From assembly GCF_002113885.1 (NCBI RefSeq), contig NW_018480078.1:3198-67197 (forward strand): a stretch of 64,000 nt of DNA, read 5' to 3'. Each line of letters begins with the position of its first letter. The first letter of the stretch is position 1. This stretch comes from Mizuhopecten yessoensis (lineage: Eukaryota). This document shows positions 1 through 12,040 of this stretch, in pieces. The position numbers and the translations under genes were made by a program. The notes under the pieces were generated by a model, which was not told where the DNA came from, made no database searches, and was given only the letters and a program-made list of their open reading frames with translations.

Positions 1-290
1 ATGTTTCTGATAACTTCGCTATTGAACCAAGTATATGTTTCTGATAACTTCGCTAGTGTACCAAATATATGTTTCTGATAACTTCGCTAGTGAACCAAAT
101 ACATGTTTCTGATAACTTTGCTAGTGAACCAAGTATATGTTTTTGATAACTTCGCTAGTGAACCGAATATACATTTCTGATAACTTCGCTTGTGAACCAA
201 ATATATGTTTCTAATAACTTCGCTAGTAAACCAAATATATGTTTCTGATAACTTCGCCAGTGTACCAAATATATTTTTCTGATAACTTCG
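1..290. repeat. 34-bp minisatellite (ATGTTTCTGATAACTTCGCTAGTGAACCAAATAT), about 8.5 copies, truncated by the window edge
   Basis: The unit restarts at 1, 35 and so on, head-to-tail, with point variants and no spacers. Confidence 0.95.
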
Positions 291-1775
291 CGGGTGACAT
301 CTTCAGTTCATAGTTATTGTTCCTTGCCCGAAATAAGATTCGGCACCTGACAAGATATTTAAAAAAAAACTAAATTACGAAATAGAAATAAATGTAAGTA
401 AAATCAGTAAATATAATGGTATCTGATCGGAACGCACGAGTTAATCTGACAACAATTTGATGATGTGGCAACTTCTAAGTAACTGTCTGAACGCATCACA
501 CGCGGAACTTTCACAAGTAGAGCATCTTATCATTTTCAGGCTTGTTAGTTCTCGTGTAGGCGAGAAAACCACCATCCAGAGGTACGATACACCATTATCA
601 TTATTAATCCTCCTTTTTTCCGTTTGTGATCAAAGCAAAATAACCGCTGGCAAATTTGTTCACACGATATGAATATATTCCCGAGATCCACCCGCATTTC
701 CAAGAAATTGATTCATATAGCCCCGTTCCCGAAATAGAACGCCCTACCTATCCTCGAAATACCCAGGGTTATCGTCGCGCTCAATTACGTAACGTAACCT
801 CTGGAATTTCGAGGATGCGCCCTACCAGACAACATCAAAACTGATCATTTTAATTAATGTAGCAAACAACGTCCTCATTTCTTGGTTTAATTACTCCAAC
901 TTTTTCCTAGAATTACTCATATTTTGTTATCAAATATGTATAGTTCCGACAATGGCGGTAGCTGACCTACTCCCGAAGGAATTAGCCGTTGTTGAAATCA
1001 TCCGAGGATTATCTCACTTTAAGAGATTAACAGGTTTCCGTTTCATCGGAAACATGTACAGTAGTTTTAACGTGGAATTAACGATGTTTTGAACCGCGTT
1101 GTAATCGTAGACATATTTAGCTACGTTGATCGATCTGTTAGGTTTTAATCATCCTCAAACCCAATGGTTCTCGATACACCTTTACATATATCGATAGCGG
1201 GAACAAAGCATTTCGAGGAAACGGAGATCGTGGAGGGAGAGTTTTCCGGACCAGCGTTAGTGCAGAAGAGACTATAATATCCGCCATTACGTTATATACT
1301 AGGATGGATGTTTACGTCTCACAATCATGATATTGTCCGTCAATTTGATTGGTTATTAACTATAGAACGTGACGGTTTGAAGATTGGTGCCTTTTGAATG
1401 CGTGCTCCTCAATTATGGAAATTCATACGCAATATATAGTGTCAAACTTTTGCAATGGGTTACCTTCACGAACACTCAAAATAGTATTTATTATAGAATG
1501 AAGTGTTTTCCTGTATCAGTCTCTTTATTTATGAAATGTTTTAATGAAGAAGTACGTGTTCGTAGCAGAATCTGCTATTAATAGGTTTCTAACAATAGTT
1601 TATTGTTTATGGGAATGTCAAAAAGTCCAGGGTCTATACAGCAAATACTCGAAACCCTTAATGGTGTTCTTTTAATCCCATTTTCAACAAACAATGAGTC
1701 ATATCATTTCGGTATAATATCACCCAAAGGCTAAAACTGTTGATAATGAAATTATAATTCTGATTGAACATTAAA

Positions 1776-2061
1776 CTGTAAAGTGCTTTTATTTCGCGAT
1801 TTACTTTCAAAGCGCAAATTCAAAACACCAGCGATTGTTTTTATTATATGTCTTCCATATTTGTTTCAATCAATATACTGAACGTACGTATATCAAGGCA
1901 CTCACCTGTTACTAGTACGCAGGTGTATATGTTCACAGGACCCAGGGAACGAGAATGTACTCCGTTGTGGAATCGTTGTAACGCAAAGTTAAGACCCCGC
2001 AAATAACTTCCAGGTACGAAACCGCGAAAATTTGACACCACGAAATTAAAGCACTTCACAG
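1776..2061. mobile_element. Non-autonomous DNA transposon (MITE) with about 23-bp imperfect TIRs, TA-flanked (Tc1/mariner-like)
   Basis: Left CTGTAAAGTGCTTTTATTTCGCG versus reverse complement of the right end CTGTGAAGTGCTTTAATTTCGTG. TA at 2062-2063. No coding capacity. Confidence 0.7.
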
Positions 2062-3424
2062 TATATCCAAGACCGGATGGTTTTACAAATCTTTGAATCT
2101 CAATATTCTTTTAAATGACATCAAGGATCATTTCCTTGCTTAAAATACATCAACATTAGTAAAATACCGTATATCAAACTTCACTATATACATATGTGAT
2201 AACGGTTACCAATTCCTTCCGGTACGTGTACTGGTTACCAATAACCACTGATACCGGTGACGTGTGTGTGTAATTAATCTAAAAGTCGATGAATACGACT
2301 GCCAAAACTGAAGTACAATAAATTAAAGTCGTACGTATACCATATACGCATCGTTGGCTGTACATGTATTCGGTTGTTTGTATTTATTGCTGTCGACATA
2401 TAGCGATGTGCGTTTTACAATAGAAAAACTATACACTGGAACTATATCAGTTAATGATAATAATGAAATAATTTATTAAAATGTCATGCATATTCACAGC
2501 CATATCTTGAAATTTATCCAGTCAACGGCTTGTGAGAATGAATACGAGGTTTCTTTTTCATTAGTTTAACAATACGTATTCGTGTTATTTAAAAAGACTT
2601 CCTTCTCCTGCAAGATAAGCTTCTTTATAGGCTGTATAAATCGGAATCTTTGAATAAAGTAAACTGTCTTCGTGGGTGCCAGAAGTTGAAATTATCAATA
2701 GAGAGTAACAAATTTGGTCCGCAAAATTGATCGATTTTGACATTATACAAAACCTTATTTATTTAAACAGTGTAACTAACATTACACTGTCGTGTAAGCG
2801 TTGGTTCTCGTTAATACGATATAATATGACATAATGCGATATAGGTGATCAATCATTGTGTACGATCCTGCTGCAGTGCTAACCTATCTTGATCATGACA
2901 CCCTGGGGGGAGGCTTTGTGTAGATTTCTGTACGTCTGGGTTAGATCTGGACCATATAAAGTCAGGGGTTTACAACAAATAGCAAGGTCGAAGCCTGTGT
3001 CATCAAGCCAATTCTGAAAATCAATTAATATCTTAAAGAAAAAAATGCATTAGATAATATGATTGTATTGTGGGTCGGCACAAAAGAACACCTGCAACGT
3101 GGTAAATATGCTAGGACATTGATAATGCATATTGAGCTGCAGTTTATAGCAACAACAACGGCACCCTGTTCATCATCCGGTTTACTGTTAAACTGGGAAA
3201 GTTATTGGTTAGGGAATTTTCGCTGACTTCGCGTTTACCTATACTCAGCGCGAATAAAATGTGTATTGTAGCAGTTTTACCAACGAGGTAATTAATACGG
3301 CGCGAAACAATTTGAAAAGTTAAGAGCGAAAATTACCATCTTAACTTCGATTCATCCCCAAAATCTGATCGTTTTCGCTGTCGATTCCAGAAAAGAAACA
3401 CATTACCTCTAGACATTTTACAAC

Positions 3425-3619
3425 ATTTATGAAACAAGTTTTTACAACTTATGCTAATCACTCTTGTTGGCCCGGATGTTAGCGCGCGGGGGTCTTAAAC
3501 CAGAGTACCTGGAGAAAACTCACGTGGTCGAGCAGGGGACCCCTCATACATTTCCACTTTCGATCGGGGAATCGAACCCGGGCCGTCTTGGTGAAAGGCA
3601 CTGAGCCACCCGACCACCC
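3425..3619 (-). mobile_element. tRNA-derived V-domain SINE with CR1-like 3' tail
   Basis: Minus strand reads: A-box-like TGGCTCAGTG, B box GGTTCGATTCC, V-domain-like GTGAGTTTTCTCCAGGTACTCTGGTTT, then tail ATAAGTTGTAAAAACTTGT. Confidence 0.8.
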
Positions 3620-5856
3620 TTTTCCACAAAAGAATATATGTATCTTGAGAGAGCATGGGATACAGTAAACACTGTGTATTGAGAGCGTAGCCCTTGCATT
3701 TCGGGGATGTTTCAACACTTACAGATGGTTTTATAGGAAATATTTTCGTTGCCAAGCGATGGCATTGCAGACACATCCATATATAGTTTAAAGGGTCGGT
3801 ATGGAGGCATTTTGTCATGTATCTGCAGTATAGGTTGACTAATACCAAAAGTTAATCCAGAAAGGAGCTCTGCCAAGGAATGGATGACTCGAGTCAGCCA
3901 GGGGAGAACGAAACATCGACAGAAATAAGTTTCACTGTCAAAATCTTTACATAATTCCTGTAATGTATCATCTCTTGCTCCAAAAACGTTATCATGAAAA
4001 TTAGATAGTATATGTGATTTGTAACTTGAATATTTTCCTTTTCCAGATTGTCAACAGAACAACTAGTAATGTTGTTAAGCGATCCAGATTTGTGAACTTT
4101 TGGCCTTGTGGATCTATAGAGAGGCTTAGCAACTTTATTTGTTTGTGTTGTATGTTGAAAAAGTCGCCATACAAATTTGTTCTGTGTGTCGTGGTACGTA
4201 GTCAATACTATTGTAACTATACACCGTAAATACGCAACATTATGACAGAGGTTAAGAATTGTCCCTAAGTATGTAAATAGTGTAACAAGAATAAATGAAA
4301 TACAATGTATCACATTAATTTTCATAATATCATTTTTACATAGTACACAGCGTTATATAGGGTTATCCGCAATTTGTTTGTGTCCCGCTTTTTATCAATG
4401 CTGTGGTTCTGTATATTTAAAGTATAATATATTATACTTTATTAATTCCGTGTATAAAACACTTTTAAACATACCTGTGGCGTGTACCTGTAATCACCTG
4501 TATACACATATAGGTATATATATATATATTCTATAAGGGACACCCTGGAGAGGATTTACCGCTCAAGCGCGCTTTTGTGAAATTGGTTTCCTTTAAAACG
4601 CCGTTAGAAGGGAGCACAATTAACATCAGACCGTGTACAATTATAAATAGCTGTTTAGATTCAAAAGCAAAACTTTTAAACTGTTTATTATGTTTACATA
4701 GACATGTATGACAATGCTTTAGACTGTTTCGTGATGTTTGCATAGATATATTTGACAATATATTCATTTTGATAAGATCGTGAGATATTTGAAATCGAAA
4801 ATGTAATAATTGATAACAGTGTTTGATTAAAATCATAGGATAAAGGAATGAAAACGTCATTGCTAAAAGAAAAATAACAATGCATATTGGTATTGAGTAA
4901 TAATAATTGATATTAGTGTTTGATAGAAACCCTAGGATAAAGGGGGGGGGGGGGGGACAAGTTCCTGGTGAAAGAAAAATAACTACATATGTTTTGTTGA
5001 TCAAATGTTTGAAAGAAAATGCTACCAAACTACTTCAATTCAGAATGTTGATCAGTAGAAGAAATCGCAAATAGCACTGCTGACAAAATTAATCCCTATT
5101 ACTTATTTGTATATCCTTGCATCTATTCTTACAAATTTACGAGAGAAGCGTCACTGTTTCAGTGATGCTGTTTAAATGATTTCGTTTCTATTAACCATTT
5201 ACATATTTATATAACCACCCTACCCCTCGAACAAAGCACGATGTATAACTTGCTCGATTACATATACAGAGAAACTAAAGAATGTGACCAAGCTTATTTA
5301 TTGGTAAGCCTTATATTACGGCATTTTTCCAAAAAACACATACCAACCTGATCACTTGTTCTCCCAGATGACCCTACCAAGACTAGCAAATACGGAGACC
5401 CCGACATATAAATATGTATAAGGGTGTTATTGAATTGTGCAATGAACTTTAAACATTCAATAACGAACCCGGGTAATATAGGTAAATAAAAATGTCTACG
5501 TTAAACAAATCGAATTAAGGATATATGATATAATCATGAAGCTTTGCCCAGGTGTAATCCTCTTATAGTCCTACTGGGAAACATAGTTCAGTAGTCTACG
5601 CTTTCCCTCCTGGGGTCGGACAGATGTACCACGTGCTGATCAGTTATCAGGCAAGCCACACCGATCTCTTCTGTAGTCTGTTGCAGTTACATTGTTGCTA
5701 TGAAGCAATTTGGTGATTTGATATCTTAATTGACAGCACGTGATAAGCTAATGAGAAGGATTACGACAATCTGATGGGATATTCTTGGACAGGTAAAAGT
5801 GGAAGCATTCGTGAAGGTACATACAGAGACGAAATCAGAGGGAACCCAAAAACCAT

Positions 5857-5870
5857 GTTACTATGGAAAC
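5857..5870. promoter_or_regulatory. RFX X-box motif upstream of the 475-aa ORF
   Basis: GTTACTATGGAAAC fits the X-box consensus GTTNCCATGGNAAC. It lies 412 bp upstream of the ATG and just before a strong donor AAG|GTGAGT at 6061. Confidence 0.5.
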
Positions 5871-6281
5871 CGTCTCATGAACAATACCAAGGAAACTGAG
5901 TTGGAACCCAGAAGATAACGGCGTTGGTGGATTGCTGTGAATTCCTAATCCCAGGTAACGAAACGCCGTTTTATTCTGATGTAACGATACAATTGACTTT
6001 CATTGAAGAATTGTGGTCAAACGTTCGAATTTTCGGTGACAGTTTTTGTAACGTGAGAAGGTGAGTGTGTTCTTTGGCGCCAGTCCTCAGCTTCCGGCGG
6101 ACACAATGGTCCAGTGTAAGGTATCTCAGGACCTACCCGGCCTCATTATATGTATGTAAACACTACAGTGTAACACAACCCCGCTGCTGGTATCAACTGT
6201 ACATGTAAAGTTTACATTGCCGGTCAATGAGCCGTTCAAACCGATATAGAATTACGATATCGCCTTACCCATATAGATCCT

Positions 6282-7709
6282 ATGACAATGAAACAGCCAA
6301 ATAAAACATCAAATGTAGGTTTTTTAATTAAGACTGAATCGATAGCAAATATTAGTCAGAATGAAGACAATGTTTCAAGGCCTCATACAAAAGTCCAAGT
6401 CGGGAACGGTGGAGCCCCGATATCGGATTGCCCGCCAGAGGAGAGCAGTGCTAGTAAGACCGTATCAAATGTTGTCAAATTGACAACATTTACCCCGAAA
6501 CTCCCCAAGATCAAAAAGGGACGGGAGGAGCGACTGAAAATTGAGATGGAGAAAAGCGGGTTGATTCACGGCAGTGTCGAACGAGCTCCCACTTGGTTGA
6601 CCGAGAGAACCATTCACAGAGACGGTGTGAACCGATATAATACACACCTAGCTAACAGAGCGTACAACAGGCCAGGCTACGGTAGGCACAACACCTCCAC
6701 AGCGTTCCTCAGTGACTATGGGTCGGACGCCGGGGTATACTCCAGTATCAGTCAATATGACCAATTCGTAGAGGACTACCCGTATTATGTGGATAGCGAA
6801 GAGGAGGAAGGCTACCCACAGGAACTAGCTATCATAGGGCTGTCTACAGCCAGTCCTACCCGCGACATGGTGTCACTCGATAAACCGCGAAAGAGGACAG
6901 ATGATTTGACGGACAAACACACCGCGGAACAAGTGTATGGAGGGTACAACAGTCGTCTGCCTCATAGATTGGGATCCTTCGAGAAAGTGAGGGATACTAA
7001 ACTGTACAAACGGACACGCAATCAGGTGAAGGACATGAAGAAAGTCCGGCAATGGCCAGCCGGATTGGAGCTCTCTGGAAAAGGAATGTCGGACGATGAG
7101 GTCGTTCCGCCAATAAAGGTAGGCAAAGACAACGAGAGCGTCGACCACCCGGATGATGCTTCGGTGGCTGAAAGCAATCGTCTGCCGCCATTATCAGAGA
7201 ACATGGCTCTCAGTCCGCGCAGTAATACAAAAATATCGTTTTCTTCCTCGTTCTTTTCGGATTATGGACTTCGTACTAATAGAACGGACTCATTTACTGG
7301 CTATACGCGAGGAAGGATGAAGATAAGATCAGCGTCTGAGGCTCAACTAGAGAAGGAACTCCAGGCTAAAGCTGAGCGCCACATATACGCTTGTCACGTA
7401 CTTAGCAGTGTGCGGAGGGGCAGTAAGGCTGCTCATAACCTTTCATCCTTCCGCCAGGCCATTGGTCCGCACCAAAGGTCCATTCGTCCTCTCAGTGAGC
7501 TGTCCCCTCCTAAGCCTACACACAGACATTTTAACACATCCCCCGACAAAGCAGGGCACTTGTACGAAACCGTCAAAAAATCTTCTCCTGTAGCGTTCTA
7601 CATCAAAACACGTGATTCTTCCGATCTAAATCGGGCAAGGATGAAAGCGTCAGATGGACTTCCTGAAATTAACGGACGGACACTTATACTAGGAATGGTG
7701 AATAAATAG
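6282..7709 (+). CDS. Uncharacterised 475-aa S/R/K-rich, probably disordered protein with a single coding exon
   Basis: Long non-repetitive ORF with clearly higher GC than its flanks. Probable 5'UTR intron 6061-6276 (GTGAGT...CATATAG) ending just before the ATG. No recognisable domain. Confidence 0.8.
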   Translation: MTMKQPNKTSNVGFLIKTESIANISQNEDNVSRPHTKVQVGNGGAPISDCPPEESSASKTVSNVVKLTTFTPKLPKIKKGREERLKIEMEKSGLIHGSVERAPTWLTERTIHRDGVNRYNTHLANRAYNRPGYGRHNTSTAFLSDYGSDAGVYSSISQYDQFVEDYPYYVDSEEEEGYPQELAIIGLSTASPTRDMVSLDKPRKRTDDLTDKHTAEQVYGGYNSRLPHRLGSFEKVRDTKLYKRTRNQVKDMKKVRQWPAGLELSGKGMSDDEVVPPIKVGKDNESVDHPDDASVAESNRLPPLSENMALSPRSNTKISFSSSFFSDYGLRTNRTDSFTGYTRGRMKIRSASEAQLEKELQAKAERHIYACHVLSSVRRGSKAAHNLSSFRQAIGPHQRSIRPLSELSPPKPTHRHFNTSPDKAGHLYETVKKSSPVAFYIKTRDSSDLNRARMKASDGLPEINGRTLILGMVNK

Positions 7710-9914
7710 TGAATGGATGTATCGTATACGTGATGGAATAGCCAGCCAGTTCTTCTTAATGTCAGGATTAGCGCGAATGATACTCTCGTCAAAGACATCA
7801 AAATCGAGAGTTGTATGTTCACTGGCATGGATTATTGTACTCGAAGACATGAGACCGCCAAGTGTGGGATTAGAGGCGAGTGATGGAGGACAGTGTCTGC
7901 ATGCACGTGCTGGTGTTCTCGCGAACACTGATACAAGCATCGCTGTGATATCTTTAATTTGTACAGTGTTGTTATAATATACTAAGTATATTAGCTTTTA
8001 CAAAGCTATGAAATATTAATATATTTGTATTTATGTAATACGATTTTTCAGTGCATGTTATAAAACACTCGTTATTTCCACTGGTTTTATGAACTGTTTA
8101 ACGGTCATGTTTAATATGTCTTAGAAAAAGCATTCTGACATTTTTTTGTAATGTCTAACTAGGTCCTGAAGCTATATGAAAAACACCATGTATAACGTCT
8201 GTTTATATAAACATTCCACGGTAGACACGTGCAGTCAATAAGAGTGTCATAAGTTTTGATTCGTTACAAGATTAAGTGATCTCGAGTATCAAATTTCTCG
8301 ACTCCCGGATAGCGATAGGTTTGTTTACACGTGAAAGGGTGAACTGTTATTTTTTAATGCTTGACCCAGTGACATTAATTTCATAAAACGATGACAAAAT
8401 CTCAAATTATGCTTGCTCTCCTGTCAAGTTTAATAATGAATTAAATGTCACTATGGATTGAAAAACAACGTCACTATCCCAGATTGGGTCATTGACGATA
8501 TGCACCTGCATCCTTTGCATCTAAACAGATCGCTAGTGCCAAATATCAAAGATAAAGCAAGTTTAAGTTTAATTTACTTTGGGAAGGTTTCGAATCAAGG
8601 CTTATGGACCACTAGTTTCGGACATATTCAAACGTCAATATCTTGTGTCACGACTCCAATGGAGCTATGTCGGCTATATAAGTGTTACCTATTCGCCGTG
8701 AAGTCTCCGATAAATCTGTCACACTGTTAAAATGTTAACTTGTTTGTTTACAATGACCAATAACAACATACTCAACCCAATACAGAGTCCATTGTTTGTT
8801 TAAAAGCCAGGGACAGGCCAGGGTTCAAATTGATTTTACGTACCTCTGTCACTTGGGCTCCCGGTATACGTTTTTTTCCGGGCAGATAGTACAGGTATTT
8901 TACAAATTGCAAAGGTACTTGATATTTTAAAGTGTATGTAATGCGATAGCTTTGATAATGTAGTAAGTAAAATATCTTAACTTGGGTATTTTGTGAGAAG
9001 AATGAAAGCCGACCCGAAGTTCTTCAAAAAAGAAACATTTACAAAGAAAAGTCCATGCGACCATTTCGCTATTTTCTTTACTTTCATTGTCTGTGAATTT
9101 AAACTCCTTACCAATTCAATTTTCTTTGTCGGCAACGTTGGACATGAACTGTTAAAAATAAATGTCTCTAACTTCTCATATGTACCATTATGGTATTGTC
9201 ATGCAATGACTACGTTTTATATACTTCAGACCTGCTCATATTTGATCACCGAGATGTTGGCACGTTCTCAAAACCGGAGGGTCGATCAATGCCATTTAGA
9301 TATACACTCGTAGAGGATTAAATGAAAATGTAGAACTTGACCAAACAAAAAGTCTAAACCCACCTGTACTTCACAAACGAAGGTCCAGTTCAAATTCAGG
9401 TTGAGTGTAAATTTTGTATAGAGGGATCTTAACATCACGCCAGCGTACAAATCGAGAGCGTTTTTACCTTAGATTAGGATAAAGCCATTTGCATTTCGTT
9501 TGTTTTCCAGTGACTTACGATTTGACATTTTAAATGGTGTCTTTGACTGCATGCTTCTCTTAATTAAATCTTTACCCTGTACTGGAATTGTCACCCACTA
9601 TCTAATTGTTCCTCAAGTTTCACGACGTCGGTTATATCACCTAAGTATTTCCAAGGCCGTAATCATAATAGCCGTTTATTATTTAGGTCATACGGATATC
9701 CCGTGACGGATGCATGTGACGTTTTTTTTCTTTCTACATAGATTATTTAAAACTTGTTGATCAACTGCAATTCTATTTTTCATAAGTATTAGAATAAAAC
9801 CACCATTGAACTTTATAATAGAAGCACCTTTTTGGCAACTGTTGTCACAGTATAGCGACATCCGTCATTTGATGCCATGTTAAGGGATAGGGGATGCAAT
9901 AGATGTAACAATGG

Positions 9915-12040
9915 TGTGGTAAACCATGGCTATAGATATTTGTTCGTGGTACCTGTCTTGTGGTATACCATGGCCATAGAGGTCTGTTCGTGGTACCTGT
10001 CTTATGGTATCCCATGGCCATAGAGGTTTCTGCGTGGTACCTGTCTTATGGTAAACCATGGCTATATGTATTTGTTCGTGGTACCTGTCTTGTGGTATAC
10101 CATGGCCATAGAGGTTTGCTCGTGGTACCTGTTTTATGGTAAACCATGGCTATAGATGATTGTTCGTGGTACCTGTCTTATGATAAACCATGGCTATATA
10201 TATTTGTTCGTGGTACCTGTCTTATGGTATACCATGGCCATAGAGGTTTGTTCGTGGTACCTGTCTTATGGTAAACCATGGCTATAGATATTTGTTCGTG
10301 GTACATGTCTTATGGTAAACCATGGCTATAGATATTTGTTCGTAGTACATGTCTTATGGTAAACTATGGCTACAGATGTTTGTTCGTGGTACCTGTCTTA
10401 TAGTAAACCATGGCTATAGATATTTGTTCGTGGTACCTGTCTTATGGAAAACCATGGCTATAGATATTTGATCGTGGTACCTGTCTTATAGTAATCCATG
10501 GCTATAGATATTTGTTCGAGGTACCTGTCTTATGGTAAACCATGGCCATAGATATTTTTTCGTGGTACCTGTCTTATGGTAAACTATGGCTTCAGATGTT
10601 TGTTCGTGGTACCTGTCTTATTATGGTAAACCATGGCTATACATATTTGTTCGTGGGATCTGTCCTATGGTAAACCATGGCTATACATATTTGTTCGTGG
10701 TACCTTTCCTATGGTAAACCATGGCTATAGATATTTCTTCGTAGTACATGTCTTATGGTAAACTATCGCTATAGATGTTTGTTCGTGGTACCTGTCTTAT
10801 TGTAAACCATGGCTATAGATATTTGTTCGTGGTACCTGTCTTATGGAAAACCATGGCTATATATATTTATTCGTGGTACCTGTCTTATGGTAAACCATGG
10901 CTATAGATACTTGTTTGTGGTACCTGTCTTATGGTAAACCATGGCTATACATATTTGTTCGTGGTACCTGTCCTATGGTAAACCATGGCTATAGATGTTT
11001 GTTCGTGGTATCTGTCTTATGGTAAACCATGGCTATAGATGTTTGCTCGTGGTATCTGTCTTATGGTAAACCATGGCTATAGATATTTGTTCGTGGTACC
11101 TGTCTTATGTTAAACCATGGCTATAGATATTTGTTCGTGGTACATGTCTTATGGTAAACCATGGCTATAGATATTTGCTCGTGGTATCTGTCTTATGGTA
11201 AACCATGGCTATAGATATTTGTTCGTGGTACCTGTCTTATGTTAAACCATGGCTATAGATATTTGTTCGTGGTACCTGTCTTAAGGTAAACCATGGCTAT
11301 AGATGTTTGTTCGTGGTACCTGTCTTATGGAAAACCATGGCTATAGATATTTGTGTGTGGTACATGTCTTATGGTAAACCATGGTTATAGATATTTGTTC
11401 GTGGTCCCTGTCTTATGGTAAACAATGGCTATAGATATTTGCTCGTGGTACCTGTCTTATGTTAAACCATGGCTATAGATGGTTGTTCGTGGTATCTGTC
11501 TTATGGTAAACCATGGCTATAGATGTTTGTTCGTGGTACCTGTCTGATGGTAAACCATGGCTATAGATATTTGTTTGTGGTACATGTCTTATGGTAAACC
11601 ATGGCTATTGATATTTGTTCGTGGTACATGTCTTGTGGTAAATTATGACTATAGATATTTGTTCGTGGTACCTGTCTTATGGTAATTTATGACTGTATAT
11701 TTGTTCGTGTTACCTGTCTTATGGTAAACTATGGCTATAGATATTTGTTTTTGGTACGTGTACATGTCTTATGGTAAACGATGGCTGTATATATTTGTTT
11801 GTGGTACGTGTACGTGTGTTATGGTAAACTATGACTATAGATATTTGTTCGTGGTACCTGTCTTATGGTAGTTTATGACTGTATATTTGTTCGTGGTACC
11901 TGTCTTATGGTAAACTATGGCTTTAGATGTTTGTTCGTGGTACCTGTCTTATGGTTAACTAAACTATGTCTATAAATATTTGCTTTTGGTACATGATGTA
12001 ACCTTTTTTCTATAGATATTTGTTGGTGGTACTTGTCTTT
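9915..12040. repeat. 44-bp minisatellite (ATGGTAAACCATGGCTATAGATATTTGTTCGTGGTACCTGTCTT), about 48 copies
   Basis: Period 44 (e.g. 10268, 10312). Homogeneous centre with diverged edges. Confidence 0.97.

Noticed and set aside
1-290. 34-bp repeat containing ATAACTTCG, resembling loxP (also 34 bp) or a CRISPR repeat
   Set aside because: Only 9 bp match one loxP arm and there is no inverted second arm. Units are contiguous with no unique spacers and no cas genes.
420-1380. CpG-rich stretch with CCAAT-like boxes and short ORFs, possibly a promoter or first exon of a gene off the left edge
   Set aside because: No convincing ORF or splice chain could be built, and the strand is undetermined.
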